From: Thermofilum pendens Hrk 5 | GTDB lineage: Archaea > Thermoproteota > Thermoprotei > Thermofilales > Thermofilaceae | Assembly (NCBI RefSeq): GCF_000015225.1 | Contig: NC_008698.1 | Span: 750,001 to 782,000 of the forward strand | Reading direction: 5' to 3' | Length of the DNA: 32,000 nucleotides | Shown here: piece by piece, positions 7,326-14,670 of the stretch | Numbering within the stretch: the stretch's first letter is position 1 | Layout of the letters: each line of letters starts with the position of its first letter | The notes under the pieces: model-generated | Seen by the model: the letters and a program-made list of their open reading frames with translations, nothing else | Told to the model about the DNA's origin: nothing | Database searches by the model: none | Made by a program: the position numbers and the translations under genes

Positions 7326-7465
7326 TCGACGCTACCGAGGACGGTCTTAGAGCTGAGAAGCATGGAAAGCACTGGCGCGTATACGTGCCGCACGAGAACT
7401 GGTATGTGAGGGTCTCGAAGCCTACGCATGGCTGGTCCGTCCGCGTACCACTGGAAGGCTACTGA
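7295..7465 (+). CDS. 56-aa hypothetical protein (overlapping small ORF)
   Basis: Below the track cutoff. ATG at 7295 to TGA at 7463-7465: MELRDRLQSIVDATEDGLRAEKHGKHWRVYVPHENWYVRVSKPTHGWSVRVPLEGY. It overlaps the upstream ORF by 31 nt and ends 27 nt before the next start. Supported only by packing and composition. Confidence 0.3.
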   Translation: MELRDRLQSIVDATEDGLRAEKHGKHWRVYVPHENWYVRVSKPTHGWSVRVPLEGY

Positions 7466-7533
7466 GTTGAGTCAGAGTTCCCGGAGGTACTCGTGAGTAC
7501 ATCGCCAGACGTGCTTAGAAGCCTGCAGAGGGG

Positions 7534-8406
7534 GTGGATCCTTACGGATGTGACACCCCCTCATGGGCGCTTCAGCGACGTGCGCTTCGCCACGACGCAA
7601 CCGTGGCAACTCCCAGCCACGCTCGCAACCTTTCCAAGCACCACGTTGACATAGGTGTCACGGCAGGAGTCCTCGGCAGTACTAGGACGAGCATTGAGTG
7701 GAAGGTGCTCATCTACGGCTACGCTGATGAGCTAGGCTGGGCTTCCATGCTTATCGGCGAGGCGAAGCGAGCGGAGTTCCGCCAGCTTATCGATGCTTGC
7801 AGGGTGCTACAGGGAGACCCGGTCGCTCTATACACAGCCTTCCTGGGAGACGGGCTACGCACATTCTTTCTGAGGATTCGGGTGCTCTTCTTCAGGATAG
7901 GCAACGAGGTTCTCTACCTCCCAGCCGAGAGCGCCGTTGTCAACGCTAGGCTTGCCGTCGAGCTAGCACCAGAGTACACCAAGTTCGTATCACTAGTGAC
8001 GAGATGCGCCAAGATTAAACACTTCCTCTACGTCGGCTACGGATTGCCGCAAAAGAGAGGTATGAGAGACGGTCAGAGAAAGAACCCGTTCTACGCCGAG
8101 ATAGCGGGGGCTAGGCTACACCTAGTCTACATTTCTACGAGGAATCATGTCTACGCGAGGATCGCGGTCGAAGCTGTGCCTTTGGGCTGGGTGGAGGAGG
8201 CGCGCGCTCAGGGCTGGGACGTCCGGGTGGTTAACATGGGAAGCGAGGAGTACTACCAGGTTACACATGCCTCTTTGATGGAGCACGCCCGTTACGACGT
8301 GGCTCTGCGAGCAACACTGATAGCCTTCGCGAAGTACAAGGCCGAACAGTACCCCAAAGCCTGGGAGCTCGTGAATCGCCTCGAAAAGCTGGGGACAGAA
8401 GACTAA
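7534..8406 (+). CDS. multi-copy family A protein, function unknown; probably frameshifted at its 5' end
   Basis: 290-aa track ORF with a GTG start. The first 35 residues or so are R/H/A-rich and not protein-like. The adjacent frame from GTG 7493 to TAG 7652-7654 reads VSTSPDVLRSLQRGWILTDVTPPHGRFSDVRFATTQPWQLPATLATF. The C-terminal 60 codons plus 45 nt of 3' flank recur at 20150-20325 (-) and 31871-31995 (+). Confidence 0.55.
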   Translation: MDPYGCDTPSWALQRRALRHDATVATPSHARNLSKHHVDIGVTAGVLGSTRTSIEWKVLIYGYADELGWASMLIGEAKRAEFRQLIDACRVLQGDPVALYTAFLGDGLRTFFLRIRVLFFRIGNEVLYLPAESAVVNARLAVELAPEYTKFVSLVTRCAKIKHFLYVGYGLPQKRGMRDGQRKNPFYAEIAGARLHLVYISTRNHVYARIAVEAVPLGWVEEARAQGWDVRVVNMGSEEYYQVTHASLMEHARYDVALRATLIAFAKYKAEQYPKAWELVNRLEKLGTED

Positions 8407-8455
8407 AGAGTAAGACCGGCAGGGAATAGGCGCCCGGGCCCCCTCCTTCGCAACG
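8255..8455 (+). repeat. family A 3' end plus conserved 3' flank, copy A (full-length gene copy)
   Basis: ...AAGTACAAGGCCGAACAGTACCCC...CGCCTCGAAAAGCTGGGGACAGAAGAC TAA AGAGTAAGACCGGCAGGGAATAGGCGCCCGGGCCCCCTCC aligns by eye at roughly 80% with the other two copies. Conservation continues about 45 nt past the stop codon. Confidence 0.7.
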
Positions 8456-8590
8456 CACGCTAAACTCGCGTAGCGCGCGAGTTAAAGTCTCTTGTCGGGC
8501 GCGGGTTGAGAGTGTCTACCGCTTTAAAAGAAAGGTTTTTGACGCGCGCGGTATTACGGACATGGGTGTGCCTGTTTGCCGTACATCGAG

Positions 8591-9463
8591 ATGACCCCTC
8601 AGCGAAGGCTTATGTTGTTGGCCGTGGGGGCTATGCTCGGCGCGGTGCCACTGTTTCTCGTAGCTTCTCTTTTCAGGGGGGAGTTGCTGTCCAGCATCCA
8701 AAACGCGGGGGGAGTCTACCTGGTCACTTCGCTCAGGGTTAACGTACTCGTAACGTTTTCGCTTGTTCTCTTCACGTTGCCGTACGCCTTCGTTGACTAC
8801 TTGAACAGGTCGTTTACGCGCTCTGTTGAGAGCGTTTTACCGGAACTCTTCAAGGGGTTGGCTGAGGCCGTGAGGTCTGGGCTAACGCTACCGGAGGCCT
8901 TGTCGAGCGTGGCGGAAACCCTCGGGGGAGAAGTAGGGAAGATGCTGAGGCAGGTCGTTCTCCTGACGGAGATGGGGGTAACGTTCCAGGAAGCCATAGC
9001 CAGGGCTTTCTCGAGGTACCGCTTACCGAGCCTAGACCGCCTGGGATCCATACTTTTAACGGCGTACGAGAGCGGTGGGAAGGTAATAGACGCCCTGGAA
9101 ACCTCGGCGCAGATATTCGGCGCCATCAGGAGCTACGAGGAGGAACGCGCCACGACGATAAACCCCCACGTCTTAACGATCTATGCGGCTACGATACTCT
9201 ACGTAATCCTCTCCTTAACAATCCTCTACGTCTTCGTAATGCCGCTCAGCAGGCTACAGGGGATACCCGGGGCGCTGGGTAAGATAAACCCCGGCGTCTA
9301 CGCAGCGGTGATGTACTACTCAGGAGTGATGATAGCGTTCTTCGGCGGGCTAATAGCGGGGAAGATGCGGCACGGCAAGGCCTCCGCCGGGCTCATACAC
9401 GCAGACATACAGGTTGCCATCGTGGCCTTCTCGTTCCTCTTGGCGGAGAAGGCGATGGCGTAG
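8591..9463 (+). CDS. type II secretion system F-domain membrane protein (TadC/FlaJ/PilC-like, single domain)
   Basis: Track ORF starts at TTG 8576; the ATG at 8591 is more likely. An N-terminal TM segment is followed by a cytoplasmic helical domain (LPELFKGLAEAVRSGLTLPEALSSVAETLGGEVGKMLRQVVLLTEMGVTFQEAI...LLTAYESGGKVIDALE) and C-terminal TM helices. The protein has about 290 aa, i.e. one T2SS-F repeat rather than two. Confidence 0.7.
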   Translation: MTPQRRLMLLAVGAMLGAVPLFLVASLFRGELLSSIQNAGGVYLVTSLRVNVLVTFSLVLFTLPYAFVDYLNRSFTRSVESVLPELFKGLAEAVRSGLTLPEALSSVAETLGGEVGKMLRQVVLLTEMGVTFQEAIARAFSRYRLPSLDRLGSILLTAYESGGKVIDALETSAQIFGAIRSYEEERATTINPHVLTIYAATILYVILSLTILYVFVMPLSRLQGIPGALGKINPGVYAAVMYYSGVMIAFFGGLIAGKMRHGKASAGLIHADIQVAIVAFSFLLAEKAMA

Positions 9464-9473
9464 CCTGCCGACG

Positions 9474-10799
9474 CTACTCGCCGAACTTCTCCGAGCGAAG
9501 GTACGCGATAGCGGTGGAGAGGGCTACGTAGACGTTCTCAGGCCTGTACATCTTCTCGTAGTAGGCTTCGTAGAGCGCGCGCTCTAAGACCCAGGGGTGT
9601 AGCAGGCTCAGGCGGGATCCTGGGTCGGCTGGGAACAGCCTGCGGTGAACCCTGGACGCGTAGGAACCAAGTATGCGTTCGAGCACCTCGAGGCTCCATT
9701 CGAGTAGCCTCCTGGCGCCGGTGCTGCCCGACACGAACTCCTCGACCACACGCTCGTTGCTCAGCTCCTCAGCCTCCTTTAACGAGAAGAAAGCTATGTA
9801 TGAGAGGCTTCTCGCCAGGGATGCAAGGTCCCGAGCGGCGGGCTCGAGAACAGTCGAGAACTCCTGGGGTCTTCCGGGTTCTCCCTCGAAGTCGAGTAAG
9901 TAGACCCTTCCGGGGGGCTTGAAGAGCATCTGCGAAAAGTGCAGGTCCTGGTGAATCCTTAGCTTCGTGGAGCCTACGAATCCCTGGAGGTATTCCCGGG
10001 ACCCCTCGACGCGGCGTCTAAGCTCCGAGAGCCAGCCCCCCGGGACAACCTCTGCGAGGCTTTGTAAGTAGAAGAGCATTCTCCTGTACCACAGCTCAAC
10101 GTCGCTCTCGACTACGGGTGACGGCGCGCACCAGTCCGAGGTGCACCTCTCCATGGCTAAGTGGAAGCCCGCGACCGCTTCCCCTATGCTTCCGAGGAGG
10201 TCCCGTTGCGCGGCAGAGTCTCCCACCCCCTTCGCTACATCGACGGCTGTAGCATAGAGCACGGAGCCCGGGTCGACGGCCCCCTCTACAAGCTCCATAA
10301 ACACTCCGAGCGTGTACCCCCCATAACTGTAGGCTGCAAAGAGCCTCGGCGCTACGCCGCTACCGCTAAGGTACTCCAGGAACAGGGGCTCCGGGTTATC
10401 GCGCCGCAGTAGCCTGTAGCCCTTTAAGAGCACCTTCCGGCCCCCGATCTCGTACGCAACGTGCGGGTTAGTAGCGTCCTCTGCTACAGCGCCTACGAGC
10501 ACGGCGCGCCCCTCGAAATCATCGAACAACCTAAGCTTTACCGCCTCGAAGCGCCCCGAGAGGAGCTCCTCCAGGAAACCCGGACAGTACTCCGCCTCAC
10601 AGAACATCGAGCCTTCAAGCATTACCGCGTACTTCTCGCTACACGAGCAACGAGCCACGGGTAGCAGGTACTCGTCGCCGTTGCTAACAACCCTTACCAG
10701 GTACGCGTCGCCCGATAACGGCGTAGCGGAAGCCGTTACCCTTGCGGGCGCATGCTTGCCTCTAAGCCACCTCTTCCTAGCCGGAAAGAAGACCTCCAC
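9474..10799 (-). CDS. maltokinase-like (Mak/Pep2, COG3281) kinase-fold protein
   Basis: GTG start 2 nt after the upstream stop (TAGCCGTG). Motifs as I recall them for maltokinases: ...GRKVLLKGYRLLRRDNPEPLFLEYL...; catalytic region LRIHQDLHFSQMLFKPPGRVYLLDFEGEPGRPQEFSTVLEPAARDLASLARSLSYIA (compare HGDLHLGQvL...DFEGEP...sPLRDVAgMLRSfdYAA). Confidence 0.65.
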   Translation of the reverse strand: MEVFFPARKRWLRGKHAPARVTASATPLSGDAYLVRVVSNGDEYLLPVARCSCSEKYAVMLEGSMFCEAEYCPGFLEELLSGRFEAVKLRLFDDFEGRAVLVGAVAEDATNPHVAYEIGGRKVLLKGYRLLRRDNPEPLFLEYLSGSGVAPRLFAAYSYGGYTLGVFMELVEGAVDPGSVLYATAVDVAKGVGDSAAQRDLLGSIGEAVAGFHLAMERCTSDWCAPSPVVESDVELWYRRMLFYLQSLAEVVPGGWLSELRRRVEGSREYLQGFVGSTKLRIHQDLHFSQMLFKPPGRVYLLDFEGEPGRPQEFSTVLEPAARDLASLARSLSYIAFFSLKEAEELSNERVVEEFVSGSTGARRLLEWSLEVLERILGSYASRVHRRLFPADPGSRLSLLHPWVLERALYEAYYEKMYRPENVYVALSTAIAYLRSEKFGE

Positions 10800-10801
10800 G
10801 G

Positions 10802-11785
10802 CTACTTCTCCCCTCGTAGCTTTTCTTGTAGCTTCCGGATTGCCTCCTCGAGGCTCCTACCCTCAATCGTCTCCACGTTTTCGGGACGCCTGGCCACCTG
10901 GGTCGGCGTGTTCACAGCCACGATTATCCTCCTCGTGGCGTCGTCGAGAGCGGATCCGTAGACGTTGAAGACCTCGTCTTTAGCGCTCTCGACGTTACCT
11001 TCGCGAGGGAATATGTTGTGAACGTAGAGCCTCACTCCCCTCTTCTCGGCTATAAGGGAGGCTTTCCGCGTAACTCCGCTCATAGCCGTAGCCTCAGCGG
11101 CCGGCTTTACGACGTACCCCTGGGATGCTAGAACCTCCGCTACCCTCTTGTTGAATATCTGGGAAAAGGCCTCGGAGACCGCCTTCTTGTCCACCGAGTA
11201 CCGCATAACGGCCCTGTACTCGGCCCGCTTGTCGTCGAACCTTTCCCCACAGGACGCGCACTCCAGCGATGCAACCGGGTAGCTGAAGCTGGTGCCGCAG
11301 CTCCTACACCTCCACGTGGAGCTTAGCTTGACCCAGTCGTCCCCCTCTCTAACTAGCTCGCGCTTGCACTTCGGGCATTGAACCTTCCCCGTAACCGTTC
11401 TCGGGGCTTCTTCAAGTACCCCGATGAAGCCGCAGGTCACGTGGCTAAACAAGGTGTTCCGCTCCACGTCGAACGAGCCGCAGTTAGGGCATGCGTAGCG
11501 GACCTTGAAGGAGAAGCCTCCGCACTTTGGGCAGAAGACGAGTTTGTCAGCCGGGAAGGCTTTGAGGAAACCCCTCTTCACCCCCTCCTCTAGCAGTGTG
11601 TCCAGCGGCACTCTGTACTTGTCGGCGATGCTCTTAACCGGGTGATCCTTTTTCCCGATTTCGATGCTTATCTCTCCTAGGTTGCTCTCCACGAGGTACA
11701 CAACTAGATCCTGCAACGCCCGTGCAAGGTTACGCAGGAGCTCAACTTCTGAAGCCTCCAGGCGCGCGGTGCCACCGCCAGCCAT
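10802..11785 (-). CDS. wHTH plus multi-zinc-ribbon protein with C-terminal alpha/beta domain (putative regulator)
   Basis: 327 aa. The N-terminal helical segment (ELLRNLARALQDLVVYLVESNLGEISI...SIADKYRVPLDTLLEEGVKRGFL) looks like a winged helix. It is followed by CPKC..CPNC, CPKC..CRSC and CASC zinc-ribbon pairs and a C-terminal domain (GVRLYVHNIFPREGNV...RRIIVAVNTP). It may correspond to the TACK-archaeal double-Zn-ribbon output domain, but I cannot confirm this. Confidence 0.65.
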   Translation of the reverse strand: MAGGGTARLEASEVELLRNLARALQDLVVYLVESNLGEISIEIGKKDHPVKSIADKYRVPLDTLLEEGVKRGFLKAFPADKLVFCPKCGGFSFKVRYACPNCGSFDVERNTLFSHVTCGFIGVLEEAPRTVTGKVQCPKCKRELVREGDDWVKLSSTWRCRSCGTSFSYPVASLECASCGERFDDKRAEYRAVMRYSVDKKAVSEAFSQIFNKRVAEVLASQGYVVKPAAEATAMSGVTRKASLIAEKRGVRLYVHNIFPREGNVESAKDEVFNVYGSALDDATRRIIVAVNTPTQVARRPENVETIEGRSLEEAIRKLQEKLRGEK

Positions 11786-11955
11786 GACACAACACTAATA
11801 TTATCGTTAAGCCGGCGAAGACATAAACTTTGTTTTTATTATTGTAGACACGCCTGGAGAGAGCTGTGAGGGGGCGCCGAGGCTGCGTGTAAAAACCCGA
11901 AGGCTCGTTGCGCGAGCTTTAAGTAGAAGTTGCACCGGCTATACTACGGGCAAAC

Positions 11956-13488
11956 GTGTCTCAGCTGGTAGGTCTTCCTCGGCTTGAAGAGGGGGAGGTG
12001 CTCGTCGAGTACTACCCCGTGACTCCCCCCTTCGCGTACGCTATGATCGTGAAGAAGCGTGGGGGTAGCCTTGAGTACAGGCTCGTGGAGCCCCCACTTA
12101 CCAGCGACGACGTGGAGAAGCTTGAAAGAATAAAGAGGCTTCTACTGGAGTACGCTCCTAGGAAGGTAGACTCCGCTCTAGGCGCTCTGGGTAGCGCCCC
12201 GGAGAAGTACCTCGAAGACGAAGTGAACTACGTGATTAAGAAGCACAAGATACCCGTGCCTCCCGAGGCCCTAGACAAGTACATGTACTACATCAAGAGG
12301 GACACGCTCGGCTACGGGAGGATAGACGCTCTTCTAAGGGACGTGGAGCTGGAGGATATATCCTGCGACGGGCTAGGTACACCCGTCTACGTTTGGCACA
12401 GGAGGTACGAGTCGCTCCCCACGAACATAGTGTTCAAGGATCCCGGCGAGCTCGCCAGCCTTATACTCAAGCTCAGCTTCCGCGCCGGGAGACAGATATC
12501 CGTCGCGCAACCGATAGTGGAGGGCTCTCTCCCGATGGGCTTTAGGCTCCACGCGACGCTGGAAGAGGTATCCCGCAGGGGAGGGACGTTCACTATAAGG
12601 AAGTTCAGGGAAGTTCCATTCACCATAGTCGACCTCGTAGCCGCGGGGACAGTTTCGGAGGAGCTCGCAGCCTACCTCTGGTACCTCGTGGAGAACTATA
12701 GGAGCGTGCTAGTAGTTGGCGCGACCGCGGGCGGGAAGACGACGACCCTGAACGCTATAGCCACATTCATACGCCCGGAGGCGAAGATAGTCACGATAGA
12801 GGATACGCCCGAGCTGAGGCTACCCCACGAGAACTGGGTACCGCTGGTAACGCGTCCCAGCCACGAGGAGTGGGTTCGCAACGTCGACCTCTTCGACCTC
12901 TTGAAGAGCGCTATGAGGATGAGGCCCGACTACCTGATAATAGGCGAGATAAGAGGGGAGGAGGCCTTCACGCTCTTCCAAGCGATAGCCACAGGGCACT
13001 CGGGTATGAGCACGCTCCACGCCGAGAGCATAGACTACGCTGTGAAGCGCCTCGTATCGGAGCCCATGAAGGTCCCGCTCTTCCTCCTACCCATGATGAA
13101 CGTCTACATACTCATCAAGAGGTTAAAAATCGGGGACCGAATAGTCAGGAGGGTTGTGAGCGTGCAGGAAGCCCTAGGCATAGACGAGTCCGCGAAAACA
13201 GTGGTTTTCAGGGAAGTCTTCAGGTACAACCCTGTCACAGCCAGGATAGAGAGGTCCGGCGAGAGCGAGATGCTGAGGAGGATAGCCGAGGAGAGGTACA
13301 TACCTCTGGGCGACGTATACCAGGAGATCGCCAGGAGGAAGGCGATAATAGAGACACTCGTCAGGAACAATATACGCCGCTACGAGGAGGTAAGCAGGGT
13401 GGTTCGCGACTACTACAACAACCCGGAGGCCACGTATCACCAGCTGATGAGCGGGACGTACGTCTTCACGCCTTTAAGGGCTCGATAG
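11956..13488 (+). CDS. type II/IV secretion-family ATPase (FlaI/ArlI/PilB-like, type IV filament assembly ATPase)
   Basis: GTG start. Motifs: Walker A VVGATAGGKTTTLNA, Asp box IVTIEDTPELRLPH, Walker B RPDYLIIGEIRGEEA, His box ATGHSGMSTLHAES. The N-terminal domain shows the FlaI-like pattern YYPVTPPFAYAMIV...YRLVEPPLTSDD. Confidence 0.85.
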   Translation: MSQLVGLPRLEEGEVLVEYYPVTPPFAYAMIVKKRGGSLEYRLVEPPLTSDDVEKLERIKRLLLEYAPRKVDSALGALGSAPEKYLEDEVNYVIKKHKIPVPPEALDKYMYYIKRDTLGYGRIDALLRDVELEDISCDGLGTPVYVWHRRYESLPTNIVFKDPGELASLILKLSFRAGRQISVAQPIVEGSLPMGFRLHATLEEVSRRGGTFTIRKFREVPFTIVDLVAAGTVSEELAAYLWYLVENYRSVLVVGATAGGKTTTLNAIATFIRPEAKIVTIEDTPELRLPHENWVPLVTRPSHEEWVRNVDLFDLLKSAMRMRPDYLIIGEIRGEEAFTLFQAIATGHSGMSTLHAESIDYAVKRLVSEPMKVPLFLLPMMNVYILIKRLKIGDRIVRRVVSVQEALGIDESAKTVVFREVFRYNPVTARIERSGESEMLRRIAEERYIPLGDVYQEIARRKAIIETLVRNNIRRYEEVSRVVRDYYNNPEATYHQLMSGTYVFTPLRAR

Positions 13489-14394
13489 CAACACGTCAAT
13501 TGCAACCTTGTATGTTCGAGGCGAGTACGGGGATACTATCCTGGCGCCTCTGAGCTCCGCCCTGAACCCGTGCTTCTCCGCGGCTTCTTTTACCAGAGAG
13601 AACGCCTTCGCGAAGAGGTCGTCCTCGCGGTCCCAGTAGTAGAAGTGTATCCACCCGCCCCCGCTCTTGAGGCACCTTACGGCCTCGTCCAGGAACATGT
13701 ACGCCCCCCTGGGGAGCGGCATCACTACGCGGTCGCACGAACCGTACCACTCCCTCGCCTTTTCCCGCACGTCCCCCAGTACTGGCACCACGAGCCCCTC
13801 AACCTTGTTGAGCTTCACGTTTTCAACCATGTAAGCGTACGCCGCCGGGTTCAGCTCGATTGCTATCACCTTCTCCACGCGGGGCTGGGCCTTCGCTATC
13901 GCTATGGCGTAGGGACCCACGCCTGCGAACATAACCATGACTGTCTCGCCGGGCTTCACCTGGCGGGCAATCCTCTGCCTCTCCGTAGCCTCTCGCGGCG
14001 AAAAGTACACTTTCGTGACGTCGAGCTTCAACCTGTACCCATGCTCCTTGTGGACAACCTCGGTTATAGGCTCGCCTCCTATGAGCTCGAGCTCTCGGAC
14101 CCTGTACTCGCCCACGCGTCCTCCCAGCTTCCTGTAGACGGCCTTAACGTTCTTGTGAACTTGGAGTATGGCCTCCGCGATTGCCTCCTTGTAGGGAAGC
14201 AACTCGTCCGGCAGCTCCACTATCGCGACCGCCGCCTCCCTAGACCCAACAACGTCGAAACTGGACGGCACTAAGGGTAGGAGGTTCTCCGGTATCTTAC
14301 CCCTCAGCACATCCCTTACACGCATACGTACGCCGCGCCCAACCGTGCGCTTAAGAGAGTCCAAAGCATCGACTTCTAAGCACGCTTTAAGCAT
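13474..14394 (-). CDS. trm5: tRNA (guanine37-N1)-methyltransferase Trm5/Taw22 family (Met-10+ like)
   Basis: Motifs: KVYFSPREATERQRIA, SAM-binding VMFAGVGPYAIAIAK, ELNPAAY, VVMPLPRGA (NLP-loop equivalent). An alternative start is M24 at 14325 (MRVRDVLRGKIPE). The 3' end overlaps the convergent ATPase gene by 15 nt. Confidence 0.75.
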   Translation of the reverse strand: MLKACLEVDALDSLKRTVGRGVRMRVRDVLRGKIPENLLPLVPSSFDVVGSREAAVAIVELPDELLPYKEAIAEAILQVHKNVKAVYRKLGGRVGEYRVRELELIGGEPITEVVHKEHGYRLKLDVTKVYFSPREATERQRIARQVKPGETVMVMFAGVGPYAIAIAKAQPRVEKVIAIELNPAAYAYMVENVKLNKVEGLVVPVLGDVREKAREWYGSCDRVVMPLPRGAYMFLDEAVRCLKSGGGWIHFYYWDREDDLFAKAFSLVKEAAEKHGFRAELRGARIVSPYSPRTYKVAIDVLLSSP

Positions 14395-14450
14395 TTCCTT
14401 ATTGCGCGCAACAGCTTGCTAGCGGCGTGTAGCCGTCTTTCCTGACGCTC

Positions 14451-14491
14451 GAGAAAAGCTTAAATTAACCCTTCTCTTATCTTTTCTGGCA
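14451..14491 (+). promoter_or_regulatory. conserved tRNA-Ala upstream block with TATA-like AAGCTTAAAT
   Basis: GAGAAAAGCTTAAAT...TTTTCTGGCA lies immediately 5' of the tRNA. The same 15-nt and 10-nt blocks precede the second tRNA-Ala (20047-20087, minus strand). The TATA-like element sits about 27-36 nt upstream of +1. Confidence 0.4.
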
Positions 14492-14613
14492 GGGCCGGTC
14501 GTCTAGTGGGAGGATTGCCTCTCCCCTCGAACCGCCTTCGCAAGGGTCGCGTAAGGGGGCTTCGATCCCGAGAGCGGCGGAGGTCCCGGGTTCGAATCCC
14601 GGCCGGTCCACCA
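14492..14613 (+). tRNA. tRNA-Ala (anticodon CGC at 14539-14541) with two predicted introns, CCA encoded
   Basis: Acceptor stem GGGCCGG/CCGGTCC with G3:U70 and A73. T arm CCGGG-TTCGAAT-CCCGG. Anticodon arm CCGCC-TTCGCAA-GGCGG forms only after removing about 32 nt (about 14544-14575, at or next to position 37/38). An extra 15 nt (14517-14531) sits between the D arm and the anticodon stem. Total length is 122 nt against 75 nt for the mature form. Confidence 0.75.
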
Positions 14614-14670
14614 CTTCTCATGTGCGCCCTAAAAAAAGCTATATATAGTGAGCATCTCCGACTTTGATCC

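Noticed and set aside
7529-7857. Two LAGLIDADG-like motifs (RGWILTDVT in the upstream frame and AFLGDGL about 102 aa later), suggesting a degenerate homing endonuclease
   Set aside because: Both motifs are heavily degenerate: the first has only one acidic residue and the second needs a gap. One depends on the hypothetical frameshift repair. This cannot be supported without profile or structure comparison.
8471-8492. Hairpin AACTCGCG-TAGCG-CGCGAGTT after the family A 3' flank, as a terminator
   Set aside because: The stem is real, but no oligo-T tract follows it, and archaeal termination depends mainly on T runs. It is noted only as a possible island boundary structure.
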